Assembly (NCBI GenBank): GCA_002269645.1
Contig: NIVC01001776.1
Location: 124,001 to 188,000, forward strand
Direction: 5' to 3'
Source: Macrostomum lignano
Lineage: Eukaryota
DNA length: 64,000 bases
Shown: positions 31,001 through 42,800 of the stretch, piece by piece
Layout of the letters: each line of letters starts with the position of its first letter
How positions within the stretch are numbered: position 1 is the stretch's first letter
Translations under genes and position numbers: made by a program
Notes under the pieces: generated by a model
The model's input: only the letters and a program-made list of their open reading frames with translations
Database searches by the model: none
What the model was told of the DNA's origin: nothing

Positions 31001-32919
31001 GCCCGCCGCAGTCTGGATTGCGGCGACGGCCACAGCGGCGAGGAGGCGACGTCCGGGTGTCCAGAGCCGGAGGCGAGGCCGCACTTCCGAGGCTGCGACG
31101 GGATGACGGAGGCTGAGAACAGACTCGAGCTGGTTGGCTGGGGCTGCATCTCGTACATCCGGCTGCCGTACTGGAAGCTGCCGCTGAAATTCACATCCCG
31201 ATTGGAGTTTGGCTTCAGTTTTGAATCCCAGAGTGACATCTGCATAGCAACAACGCCTCGCTTACCTGAGTGAGTTGCCCCTCTGCACTGCCGCTGCCAT
31301 CTGCGACTCGTCAGTGCTGAGGCTGCCCTGGTAGAAGCAGATCTCAGTGTCCGGCTTCGCGTCTTCGTGCAGAAACTCTCTGAAAATTTTTGAGACAGTC
31401 AGTCAGTCAGTCAGTCAGTCAGTCAGTCAGTCAGTCAGTCAGTCAGTCAGTCAGTCAGTCAGTCAGTCAGTCAGTCAGTCAGTCAGTCAGTCAGTCAGTC
31501 AGTCAGTCAGTCAGTCAGTCAGTCAGTCAGTCAGTCAGTCAGTCAGTCAGTCAGTCAGTCAGTCAGTCAGTCAGTCAGTCAGTCAGTCAGTCAGTCAGTC
31601 AGTCAGTCAGTCAGTCAGTCAGTCAGTCAGTCAGTCAGTCAGTCAGTCAGTCAGTCAGTCAGTCAGTCAGTCAGTCAGTCAGTCAGTCAGTCAGTCAGTC
31701 AGTCAGTCAGTCAGTCAGTCAGTCAGTCAGTCAGTCAGTCAGTCAGTCAGTCAGTCAGTCAGTCAGTCAGTCAGTCAGTCAGTCAGTCAGTCAGTCAGTC
31801 AGTCAGTCAGTCAGTCAGTCAGTCAGTCAGTCAGTCAGTCAGTCAGTCAGTCAGTCAGTCAGTCAGTCAGTCAGTCAGTCAGTCAGTCAGTCAGTCAGTC
31901 AGTCAGTCAGTCAGTCAGTCAGTCAGTCAGTCAGTCAGTCAGTCAGTCAGTCAGTCAGTCAGTCAGCCAGTTAGTCAGTCAGTCAGTCAGTCAGTCAGTC
32001 AGTCAGTCAGTCAGTCAGTCAGTCAGTCAGTCAGTCAGTCAGTCAGTCAGTCAGTCAGTCAGTCAGTCAGTCAGTCAGTCAGTCAGTCAGTCAGTCAGTC
32101 AGTCAGTCAGTCAGTCAGTCAGTCAGTCAGTCAGTCAGCCAGTAGTCAGTCAGTCAGTCAGTCAGTCAGTCAGTCAGTCAGTCAGTCAGTCAGTCAGTCA
32201 GTCAGTCAGTCAGTCAGTCAGTCAGTCAGTCAGTCAGTCAGTCAGTCAGTCAGTCAGTCAGTCAGTCAGTCAGCCAGTTAGTCAGTCAGTCAGTCAGTCA
32301 GTCAGTCAGTCAGTCAGTCAGTCAGTCAGTCAGTCAGTCAGTCAGTCAGTCAGTCAGTCAGTCAGTCAGTCAGTCAGTCAGTCAGTCAGTCAGTCAGTCA
32401 GTCAGTCAGTCAGTCAGTCAGTCAGTCAGCCAGCCAGTTAGTCAGTCAGTCAGTCAGTCAGTCAGTCAGTCAGTCAGTCAGTCAGTCAGTCAGTCAGTCA
32501 GTCAGTCAGTCAGTCAGTCAGTCAGTCAGTCAGTCAGTCAGTCAGTCAGCCAGTCAGTCAGTCAGTCAGTCAGTCAGCCAGTCAGTCAGTCAGTCAGTCA
32601 GTCAGTCACCTGGATGACTCAGTCAGAGTCAGCTCCACAGGCGACTCCTCCCCAGCAACTGAGACGCGCAGCTGTCGCCGCTCCGGACACGGGGCTCTTA
32701 GCTGACTGGGTTGGAATTTCAACGAGTCTAAAAATTGCGATGCAGTTTAACAGTGGAAAATTCCGTACAAAACAAATTGCTTGAGTCTGACAAAATTCAA
32801 AAATAGTTTTCATCACTCTTACAGTCAGCTGTCGGCCTGGATGCAGCTTGAAGATGTTGCTGGGACAGCAGCACCAGCAGCTGAAGCAGAAACAGTCGCC
32901 AACAGTTCCTGTGGCGCAT
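22098..32919 (-). CDS. ADAM: ADAM metalloprotease-disintegrin (~1051 aa) with Thr/Pro mucin stalk and hydrophobic GPI-signal-like C-terminus
   Basis: 14 phase-consistent exons: 32823-32919, 32610-32727, 31266-31379, 30919-31183, 30750-30821, 29525-29709, 27757-27841, 27457-27599, 26611-26791, 25651-25881, 24694-24884, 23654-23870, 23288-23453, 22098-23188. Signal peptide, prodomain (CFYQG, RKCG switch, RLRR furin site), [12 protein letters not shown] + CIM Met-turn, disintegrin ([22 protein letters not shown]), Cys-rich, [13 protein letters not shown] repeats. Confidence 0.93.
23985..24660. repeat. 22-bp G-rich minisatellite, ~30 copies (ADAM intron 11)
   Basis: Unit gggattgatgattctggggttt. 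Confidence 0.95.
24985..25635. repeat. Degenerate 8-bp GGGTCA-containing array (ADAM intron 10)
   Basis: gggtcatt / gggtcaat units. Confidence 0.92.
25925..26585. repeat. 16-bp minisatellite (ADAM intron 9)
   Basis: Unit tatccctatcctacaa. Confidence 0.95.
26855..27420. repeat. 15-bp minisatellite grading into a longer composite unit (ADAM intron 8)
   Basis: gggtgctgggtcaag, then aataatcctagatgaagatgctgggtcaagggg composites. Confidence 0.9.
27985..29515. repeat. 23-bp minisatellite, ~66 copies (ADAM intron 6)
   Basis: Unit aaagctactgtaaggatggcgcc. Confidence 0.96.
29750..30562. repeat. Purine-rich ~10-12 bp degenerate repeat (ADAM intron 5)
   Basis: gggggagacaga variants. Confidence 0.95.
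31396..32608. repeat. (CAGT)n microsatellite, ~300 units (ADAM intron 2)
   Basis: Near-perfect run abutting the splice donor at 32609. Confidence 0.99.
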
Positions 32920-33342
32920 TTCTTCGACTTTGCTTTGCAGAGTGCAGGTGAGAAAAAAGTAGACACTGAACGCTCTCTGCAGTTTTCCTACCCGTCTAGC
33001 TCGTAAGTTTGTTTTTCTATCTTATTTTTATATTCTATTTAGCATTTCGAAAGCGCTTCATGAAAAAAACCTGTTCTGCTTAGCTGAGGCAGCAGCTTCG
33101 CCATTGTTCGCAATTAATCCATCGCGTTCCGCCCGACCCTCTCTCTCCTTTCTTCTTACTAGTCCGAAGCGAGTTCCGGTTGTAGCTGGTGATGGCGCAG
33201 GCCAAGGAGTCCCTGAACAGAATCTGGGATTGCCAAAATCCTAGTCTCTTCTCAGCTCTCCTCTCTCTAATCTCCCTAGCTTCTCTCTTATCTGTTCTTT
33301 CCTTTAATCTCTTATCTAATATCTATTCTCCCCGGCTCTCTA

Positions 33343-33590
33343 AAGGTCGGGGGCTCGATTCTCGAGCCAATCGGAACAATTTGTGTCCTTGAGCAAGACA
33401 TTTAACTCAGCATTGCTTCAGTTCACCCAGCTGTAAATTGAGGATGCGTGGCGACCCCCCCCCAGTCCTTGGTACTGAATAGCTGTACGCAGCCTTCAGA
33501 TTCGCCGCGTACATGCAATAGCTGCGGCTGAGCTGTCGGTTGCACATCAGGCTGGTGCAATCAATTATTATCAAAATGATAATTATTAAT
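33343..33590 (+). mobile_element. CORE-type SINE copy 2 (5'-truncated/diverged)
   Basis: gggctcgattctcgag...ttgtgtccttgagcaagacatttaactcagcattgcttcagttcacccagctgtaaa...gctgagctgtcggttgcacatc...aattatta matches copy 1. Confidence 0.85.
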
Positions 33591-34196
33591 CTCAACACTC
33601 TCGCCTCTCCATACCTCCTTTTCAGTTTGGCAACCCGGTCACAGTCATTAAATGACTGACACGCTGAACCAAGTCCGAGTTTATGATAACTTCAAAAATC
33701 CAGATTCCGGTTCCGGTCTCCATGTGCTATACGCATTATGCAGAATAAGGTACAGAGTTGGCCCCTTGCCGACGCACGCAATCTGCACTTTGCGAAAGGC
33801 AGCCACCCAGCGAGCAAATTGCTTTCTCTCTGCTCTTCTCTCCAGCACATCAAGCAGAGCCGAAAGATGAGCTTGAAAGTTCTCCAAACACTTTTAACTG
33901 TGTGTAGGGTGCGGCTGGCTCTGAGCACAGGCTCTATTTATAAACCAGTCTGTTGGCAAAGCAGCCAGTATACTTTTCTGCAAACAAAAACACAATACCT
34001 AGTTTAATAGCTCCACTGAGCAGTGGCTTTGTTTCAAGTAACAAACCTCACATCAGTATTGATAAGTGTAAATGCATGCCTCTACTGAAGGTCCATTCCT
34101 TTGAATTAATGCATTCTGCAGCATTCGAGCATTTTAAATTGAATTTAAATTTAAACATTGCATTGGCCTCCGTTCTAACCAGATTCTTGTAAGTCA

Positions 34197-35625
34197 CGAC
34201 TCACTGATGCAGTGGGTGGGGAGACAGGGGTCACTGATGCATCTGGGGATGGGAAGGCATGGGTCACTGATGCATCTGGGGATGGGAAGGCAGGGGTCAC
34301 TGATGCAACTGGGGAGGGGAAGGCAGGGTTCACTGATGCATCTGAGGATGGGGAGACAGGGGTCACTGGTGCATCTGGGAAGGGGGAGACAGGGGTCACT
34401 GATGCAACTGGGGAAGGGAAGGCAGGGGTCACTGATGCATCTGGGGAAGGGAAGGCAGGGGTCACTGGTGCAACTGGGAAGGGAAGGCAGGGGTCACTGA
34501 TGCATGTGGGGATGGGGAGGCAGGGGTCACTGGTGCAACTGGGAAGGGGGAGGCAGGGGTCACTGATGCATGTGGGGATGGGGAGGCAGGGGTCACTGGT
34601 GCAACTGGGAAGGGCAGGCAGGGGTCACAGTGAAGTATCTGGGGAGGGGAAGGCAGGGGTCACTAGTGCAACTGAGAAGGGGGAGACAGGGGTCTCTGGT
34701 GCATCTGGGAAGGGGGAGGCAGGGGTCACTGATGCATCTGGGGATGGGGAGACAGGGGTCACAGTGAAGTATCTGGGGAGGGGAAGGCAGGGGTCACTGG
34801 TGCAACTGAGAAGGGGGAGACAGGGGTCTCTGGTGCATCTGGGAAGGGGGAGACAGGGGTCACTGGTGCAACTGGGAAGGGGGAGGCAGGGGTCACAGTG
34901 AAGTAACTGGGGAGGGGAAGGCAGGGGTAGGGGTCACTGGTGCAACTGGGAAGGGGGAGACAGGGGTCACTGGTGCAACTGGGAAGGGGGAGACAGGGGT
35001 CACTGGTGCAACTGGGAAGGGGGAGGCAGGGGTCACTGATGCATCTGGGAAGGGGGAGGCAGGGATCACTGATGCATGTGGGGATGGGGAGGCAGGGGTC
35101 ACAGTGAAGTATCTGGGGAGGGGAAGGCAGGGGTCACTGGTGCAACTGAGAAGGGGGAGACAGGGGTCTCTGGTGCATCTGGGAAGGGGGAGACAGGGGT
35201 CACTGGTGCAACTGGGAAGGGGGAGGCAGGGGTCACAGTGAAGTAACTGGGGAGGGGAAGGCAGGGGTAGGGGTCACTGGTGCAACTGGGAAGGGGGAGA
35301 CAGGGGTCACTGGTGCAACTGGGAAGGGGGAGACAGGGGTCACTGGTGCAACTGGGAAGGGGGAGGCAGGGGTCACTGATGCATCTGGGAAGGGGGAGGC
35401 AGGGATCACTGATGCATGTGGGGATGGGGAGGCAGGGGTCACTGGTGCAACTGGGAAGGGGGAGGCAGGGGTCACAGTGAAGGATCTGGGGAGGGGAAGG
35501 CAGGGGTCACTGGTGCAACTGGGAAGGGGGAGACAGGGGTCACTGGTGCAACTGGGAAGGGGGAGGCAGGGGTCACTGATGCATCTGGGGATGGGGAGGC
35601 AGGGGTCACAGTGAAGTATCTGGAT
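34197..35625. repeat. 33-bp G-rich minisatellite with an internal 340-bp duplication
   Basis: Unit like caggggtcactggtgcaactgggaagggggagg; 34761-35100 is repeated at 35101-35440. Confidence 0.93.
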
Positions 35626-35807
35626 ACCGCCGGTGTAAAAAATAAAAAAATGTACAAATATCAATGCATTTTTGTTGTAATATAAAAGCTTCAAAATCGA
35701 TTGCGATAAATTGGAAACAAAATTATTTATGTTTTTAATCGAATTAGTATTGAGCACGATTGATAATGAGAGTTCTAAAAATAGTCTACATGCATCTTAA
35801 GATGATT

Positions 35808-36425
35808 TCAATCAGTGACGATGTCATCAAGCGGCTGGTCAGAGTCGCCGGTGGGCACGGAGTCGACCAGCTGGTCGCTGAAGGCGATGGCCACGGCGGC
35901 GCAGGCGGGGTTGGCGGCGCGGGCCCTGGCCAGGTAGCGGTCATAGTAGCCCATGCCCCGGCCCAGCCGCGCCCCGTCAGCTTGGCAGAATGCCAGGCCT
36001 GGTACTATAATGAGATCCAGCCCGCCGTTCTCCAGGCCCTCCTCCCTGGCGGGCGACCCGGGTTCGAGTCCCGGCTGCCGGATGCCCCACTTGGTGACTG
36101 GCAGCGAGGCCAGGTCCTCTCGGCCGGACACAGCCAGCATCTCCATGCCGCCGCCGCGGCTGTACCTCGGCACGAACAGCCGGCGGCCGCTATTGAAAAT
36201 GTCGGCCACAATGCCGGCCGTGTCGACCTCCTCCGGCATGCTCAGGTAGACGCTGATCCGCTTAGCCGAGCGGTACCGATCGCTGGCCAGCAGCTTCTGG
36301 ACAATGATGCCGGATTTTGAGCTGCGCTGCTCAGCTGATAGGGCGGCCAGGCGCGACTTGATGAGGCTGCGAAGCTGCGATTTGGCAGCTTTCACTGCGG
36401 CGGCAGCTGTTGGGCTGGAGGACAT
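35808..36425 (-). CDS. MTHFS: 5-formyltetrahydrofolate cyclo-ligase (methenyltetrahydrofolate synthetase), 205 aa
   Basis: KSQLR, ISVYLSMPEEVDT, LFVPRY, TKWGIRQP, LDLIIVPGLAF, RLGRGMGYYDRYL, DQPLDDIV family motifs. Confidence 0.96.
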   Translation of the reverse strand: MSSSPTAAAAVKAAKSQLRSLIKSRLAALSAEQRSSKSGIIVQKLLASDRYRSAKRISVYLSMPEEVDTAGIVADIFNSGRRLFVPRYSRGGGMEMLAVSGREDLASLPVTKWGIRQPGLEPGSPAREEGLENGGLDLIIVPGLAFCQADGARLGRGMGYYDRYLARARAANPACAAVAIAFSDQLVDSVPTGDSDQPLDDIVTD

Positions 36426-36529
36426 TGGTTGGCTGCGGAGGGGTTGCGCAACTCTAGTGGAAATTCCGTGGGCTGCCCGGAAGATTTTGAAGGGTGAGAA
36501 TTCAAAAATCCTGCAGTTTCCTAAATACC

Positions 36530-37595
36530 TGCCTCTGAGAAGGCGCCACTGTCTCTTAAGTGAGCACCCCTTGTTTCTTAGGCGAGCACCCCCTGTCTCT
36601 TAGGCGAGCACCCCCTGTCTCTTAAGTGAGCCTCAACTGTCTCTTAGGTGAGCACCACTTGTCTCTTAGGTGAGCCTCTCAACTGTCTCTTAGGTGAGCA
36701 CCACTTGTCTTTTAGGTGAGCCTCAACTGTCTCTTAGGTGAGCACCACTTGTCTTTTAGGTGAGCCTCAACTGTCTCTTAGGTGAGCACCACTTGTCTTT
36801 TAGGTGAGCCTCAACTGTCTCTTAGGTGAGCACCACTTGTCTTTTAGGTGAGCCTCAACTGTTTCTTAGGTGAGCACCCCTGTCTCATAGGTGAGCTTCA
36901 ACTGTCTCTTAAGTGAGCACCACTTGTCTTTTAGGTGAGCACCACTTGTCTTTTAGGTGAGCACCACTTGTCTTTTAGGTGAGCACCACTTGTCTTTTAG
37001 GTGAGCCTCAACTGTTTCTTAGGTGAGCACCCCTGTCTCTTAGGCGAGCACCCCTTGTTTCTTAGGTGAGCACCCCTTGTTTCTTAGGTTAGCACCCCTT
37101 GTTTCTTAGGCGAGCACCCCTTGTTTCTTAGGTGAGCACCCCTTGTTTCTTAGGTGAGCACCCCTTGTTTCTTAGGTGAGCACCCCTTGTTTCTTAGGTG
37201 AGCACCCCTTGTTTCTTAGGTGAGCACCTCTTGTTTCTTAGTTGAGCACCCCTTGTTTCTTAGGCGAGCACCCCTTGTTTCTTAGGTGAGCACCCCTGTC
37301 TCATAGGTGAGCCTCAACTGTCTCTTAGGTGAGCCCCCTGTCTCTTTGGCGAGCCCCACTTGTCTCTTAGGTGAGCCCCCTGTCTCTTAGGCGAGCCCCA
37401 CTTGTCTCTTAGGTGAGCCTCAACTGTCTCTTAGGTGAGCCCCCCTGTCTCTTAGGCGAGCTCCACTTGTCTCTTAGGTGAGCCTCAACTGTCTCTTAGG
37501 TGAGCCTCAACTGTCTCTTAGGTGAGCCTCAACTGTCTCTTAGGCGAGCCCCACTTGTCTCTTAGGTGAGCCTCAACTGTCTCTTAGGTGAGCAC
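36530..37595. repeat. 23-24 bp minisatellite upstream of MTHFS
   Basis: tgtctcttaggtgagcacccct / ...gagcctcaac variants. Confidence 0.94.
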
Positions 37596-38324
37596 CCCCG
37601 GTCCCTCGGTATGCATCGGGTGATGCAGAATCCCGCATGAAAAAACCAGGTCTCTTCCTGTTGTTCTGGCAGGGTACGAGAAGTATCGAATCAGCCGATT
37701 TGAAGACTGCTTCGAGATTCGCTCTCTACCGTCTCTTCAAACTAGATGGCATTAAGCGTAAAATACTACTTTGAGTGTACCAGTAATATCAAGCGTGTAT
37801 AGCTTGAACAAAAGAATTATTACATAAACAGGTACACCCTCGGGATACTTTCAATTTCTGAAGTAACCTAATCGCAAAGGAACCTATGCACAAAATAATG
37901 CTACTAATTTGTAAGTAGTTCAATAACAATTGTATTAAATAATTTAAACTTTTATCAATTTAGTTCAATTATTAGTCCTCCAGGAAACAAAGAAAATTAA
38001 AATTTGCAGAATTTCTGTATTAGATTATTTAGTACATTAATCATTAATTCCAATTCCAACATCAATTTTCTTTATTTACATTTTACTAAAATCAAATTTC
38101 TGAAGTGCGCGCATTTAAATGCAAACAAACAAGACTCGCATTAAAAAAACCTTTAACTTGAATTTGCCTGTTCTCATTGGGTTAATGGATGCAGACACAG
38201 GCACTACAGGCGCGTCTTGACAATCAGCGGAATCGAACTTGGTACCCCTCGGAGACGGGAGTTGAACGCGTGCCAACTCCCGTTGCTGCATTCTGATTTT
38301 TTCTATAATTTTATAAGAGGTGCT

Positions 38325-39675
38325 GCTGCTGCTGACGGTGCAGGAGATGCTGACAGTGCAGGAGGTGATGCTGACGGTGCAGGAGATGCTGACAGTGCAG
38401 GAGGTGATGCTGACGGTGCAGGTGATGCTGACGGTGCAGGAGGTGATGCTGACAGTGCAGGTGATGCTGACGGTGCAGGTGATGCTGACGGTGCAGGAGG
38501 TGATGCTGACGGTGCAGGAGGTGATGCTGACGGTGCAGGAGGTGATGCTGACGGTGCAGGTGATGCTGACGGTGCAGGTGATGCTGACGGTGCAGGAGAT
38601 GCTGACAGTGCAGGAGGTGATGCTGACGGTGCAGGAGGTGATGCTGACAGTGCAGGTGATGCTGACGGTGCAGGAGGTGATGCTGACAGTGCAGGAGGTG
38701 ATGCTGACGGTGCAGGTGATGCTGACGGTGCAGGAGGTGATGCTGACAGTGCAGGTGATGCTGACGGTGCAGGAGGTGATGCTGACGGTGCAGGAGGTGA
38801 TGCCGACAGTGCAGGTGATGCTGACAGTGCAGGTGATGCTGACGGTGCAGGTGATGCTGACGGTGCAGGTGATGCTGACGGTGCAGGTGATGCTGACGGT
38901 GCAGGAGGTGATGCTGACGGTGCAGGTGATGCTGACGGTGCAGGTGATGCTGACAGTGCAGGTGATGCTGACGGTGCAGGTGATGCTGACAGTGCAGGTG
39001 ATGCTGACGGTGCAGGAGGTGATGCTGACAGTGCAGGTGATGCTGACGGTGCAGGTGATGCTGACGGTGCAGGAGGTGATGCTGACGGTGCAGGTGATGC
39101 TGACGGTGCAGGTGATGCTGACAGTGCAGGTGATGCTGACGGTGCAGGTGATGCTGACAGTGCAGGTGATGCTGACGGTGCAGGAGGTGATGCTGACAGT
39201 GCAGGTGATGCCGACGGTGCAGGAGGTGATGCTGACGGTGCAGGAGGTGACGCCGACGGTGCAGGAGGTGATGCTGACGGTGCAGGAGGTGATGCTGACA
39301 GTGCAGATGATGCTGACAGTGCAGGAGGTGATGCTGACGGTGCAGGTGATGCCGACGGTGCAGGAGGTGATGCTGACGGTGCAGGAGGTGATGCTGACGG
39401 TGCAGGAGGTGATGCCGACGGTGCAGGAGGTGATGCTGACGGTGCAGGTGATGCCGACGGTGCAGGAGGTGATGCTGACGGTGCAGGAGGTGATGCTGAC
39501 GGTGCAGGTGATGCCGACGGTGCAGGAGGTGATGCTGACGGTGCAGGAGGTGATGCCGACGGTGCAGGAGGTGATGCCGACGGTGCAGGAGGTGATGCTG
39601 ACGGTGCAGGAGGTGATGCCGACGGTGCAGGAGGTGATGCTGACGGTGCAGGAGGTGATGCTGACGGTGCAGGAA
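38325..39675. repeat. 18/21-bp triplet-phased minisatellite just downstream of ARMC5
   Basis: gctgacggtgcaggtgat and gctgacggtgcaggaggtgat; produces ~500-codon ORFs in four frames. Confidence 0.94.
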
Positions 39676-39877
39676 CCCTGCCAGCAAGGACAGGCGCACA
39701 CTCGGCATTTCGACTGCCTGCTGGCTTTTATAAGGCCTAACAGCAGCAGTCCAGTGTCTTTCTTGCTTCCTTTCATTTCTTTCTGCGAACTGTTTTATCG
39801 GTGTGTCGATTAACAAAAGACTTCCTCACAGAACCTCTTTCCGATGGTCTGAATCTACTGAGACTGATAGAAGTCGC

Positions 39878-42800
39878 TCACAGAGCCGCCAGTGCGGCAT
39901 CGCAGAAGCTGTACAGGAAGTCGTGCAGCCAGCGGCCCCGATCCTCGCACATGCCGGCCAGCCGGCTGTCAGGCGTCAGAACGTCGGCCAGTTCAACGCC
40001 GAGGCGGCCGCTGGCCAGCAGGCGGGCCAGACAGAGCCTGGCTAGCTCGGAGTCCCTGAACACGCTGGCAGCGGTTAGCAGGCGACTCAACGGCGACTCA
40101 ACAGTGGATGAAGAAGACGCCGGAGATGCTGAGAAATAAACAAACGATGCCCGCATCAGCACCGCCTCGGCAGCCGACGGCAAGTCCAGCAGGAACCGGC
40201 GCCTGCAGGCGACAAGTCGCAGATAGTCGGCGAGCCGACGGAACGGCCCCGACTGGAGGTGCAGACAGGCGGAGCCGGAGTCCGCGCAGCCGTAGGCCAG
40301 GTGCAGCACGGACTCAACAGTAGGCGGGTCAACATCGTGCAGCTGGATCCTGGTCGAGCCGGACTCGGCGAAGCTGCCAGCCAGGAGGGCTCGGAAATAA
40401 TCCGACCGGGCGGTGAGGGCGGCCCGGTGACAGGACAGGCCGCTGGGCAGCGGTGAGTCCGCATCACCGTCCAGCGATGACGGAAAAGTCAGCAACAGGT
40501 CGGCTGGCTCGGAGGCGATTCGAGCGCCGAACTGGCAGGTCGGGGAGCTCAGCTTGTCCTGTTGAATCTGGCGCTGCAAGCTGCCCCGCTGGAGTAGAAG
40601 AGTCCAGGCAATGTCGGCGGCGGAGCAACTGGTGCTGCTGCTCAGGCGCAGGCTGGAGCTGACCACATCGGACAGTCGCTGGCCGGGGGGACCCAGCCGG
40701 CTCAGGCACAGGTGCAGCAGGCGCCTCAGGCCCAGCCCAGCCAGTTCAGCGTCTGGCGACTCGGCATTGTCAGCAGCGGCGTCTTCGGGTTCGTCGGATC
40801 GCCGCAGCAGACGGAATAGCCGGGCTACGAAGCCTGTGGCCCGGTGAGCTCGGCAGATTGTCGATGACTCAACCGTTGCTATGGTGACGGTGGAGTCAGT
40901 CCGATGGTCGCTCGGCCGGCCCGGCCTGAGCAGTAGACAGGGCAGGCTGAGGGCGCACAGGCGGGCGAGCCCGGGCCGCCGGCCAGAGGAGGCGAACCTG
41001 GACAGCGAGCGCAGGGTCTCCAGACCGAAGTGACTGCCAGCAGTGATGGCCGCTCTGTCCAGCACCTGCGGTTTTATTGCCAAATATCATATTATCTGTG
41101 CCATTTTTATCTAATCTCTGGCTTTCCAATCTAATCTCTGGCCTTCCAATCCAATTTCTGACGTTGTTATCTAATCTCTAGCTGTCTCAAACAATCTATG
41201 CCATTCTTATTTAATCTCTGGCCGACTCATCCTGTGTCTGGCCGTCCCATCCAATCTCTGGCCGTCTCATCTAATCTCTGGCTGTCTTATCCAATCTCTG
41301 GCTGGCTCATCTGCCCTTCTTATCTAATCTCTGGCCGTATGATCCAATCTCTGGCCGTCTAATCTAATCTCTGGCTTGCTAATCCAATCTCTAGCTCTCT
41401 CATTCAATCTCTGCTCTTCTTATCTAATATATGGCCATCCGATCCAATCTCTGGCCGTCCCGTCTCATCCAATCTCTAGCAGTCTCATTCAATCTCTGCC
41501 CTTCTTATCTTATTTCTGGCCGTCTCATCCAATCTCTGGCTGCCTCATCCAATCTCTGGCTGTCTCATCCAATATCTGGCCGTCTCATTAATATATGGCT
41601 GTCTCATCCAATATCTGGCCGTCTCATTAATATATGGCTGTCTCATCCAATATCTGGCCGTCTCATTAATATATGGCTGTCTCATCCAATATCTGGCCGT
41701 CTCATTAATATATGGCTGTCTCATCCAATATCTGGCCGTCTCATTAATATATGGCTGTCTCATCCAATATCTGGCCGTCTCATTAATATATGGCTGTCTC
41801 ATCCAATCTCGACTGCCCTTCTCATTCAATCTCTGCCCTTCTTATCTCTAATTTCTCTTCTGTCCTTCTCTCTTGACCTTGACCTCCAATTCTACAAGTA
41901 ACCGAACTTGCAAACCCTCACCTGATCGAGCTCGTAGCAGCTGCCCGAGCACCTTGCGGACGCTGTCTCCGCCCTGAGGCTACCGCTAGTAGCGCCAGCA
42001 GCCCTGCAGTCGGGGTCGAACCGCCTGGCCAAGGCCAGCACGCATCCGCCAGAGATGAGCGGCTCCAGCGCGAATTGGCAGCCGGCCAGCTGCCTCATGA
42101 GCAGCCAGCAGCGCAGGTGAGGCCTGGCAATCAGGTAGTCAACAAGCAGGCGCAGCGTGGCCGCGGGTTCCAGCAATGCCGGCCGCAGGCGAGAGTCGCT
42201 GGCCAACTGGGTCAGGCAATGCAGAGCCGCGCCTTCCACATCGCCGAGAGTCACCGGCTCGCCGTCGGGCTCAGCTGCTTCATCGGCCTCATCAACGCCA
42301 AGCGCCTCCTCTTCGGGCACCACCTCTGAGAATAGCGAGGCAGCGTCGTCGTCATAAAAGTCGTCGTCGTTATTGTCGTCCCTGACGACGCCGTGGAAGT
42401 CTTCAGGATAGTCAGCAAAATCATCGTCGCAGTCTGAGGAGGCTGACGAAGCCGCTGAAGAAGAATCGCCGGACGAAGCGGCCGAGGAGGAGCCGGAAGA
42501 CGCAGACGAGGCAGTGGGCGAATACGGCGGAGTCGGGTAGATGGGACTGGCACAGGTAGAGATTGCTGTTGTTGCTTTCGGCGCTGCTGCAGATTTTGTT
42601 GCAGATTTTTCAGCGGCAGTTTTTGAGCTGGCCAAGTTCGACGCCGAGGACAGACTCTCGGCCTCGGCTTGTGAGCTCGCTGCAGATGTCGAAGCAGCAG
42701 CTTCGTCGGTGAGGGTGTCGACCAGGGCTGAGGCGAGGCCCCAGCGGGCCAGCTCGGCCAGGCCCCGCCTGTCGTAGGCAAAGCAGGCGATGCACCGCAT

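Noticed and set aside
31240-31265. 26-nt intron suggested by ORF 30895..31245
   Set aside because: Phase mismatch; the acceptor at 31184 gives an 82-nt intron and the expected LSGSFQY prodomain sequence.
33681-33928. Protein-like minus ORF (LENFQAHLSALLDVLERR...)
   Set aside because: A stop lies just upstream, with no in-phase acceptor or family match; unresolved relic.
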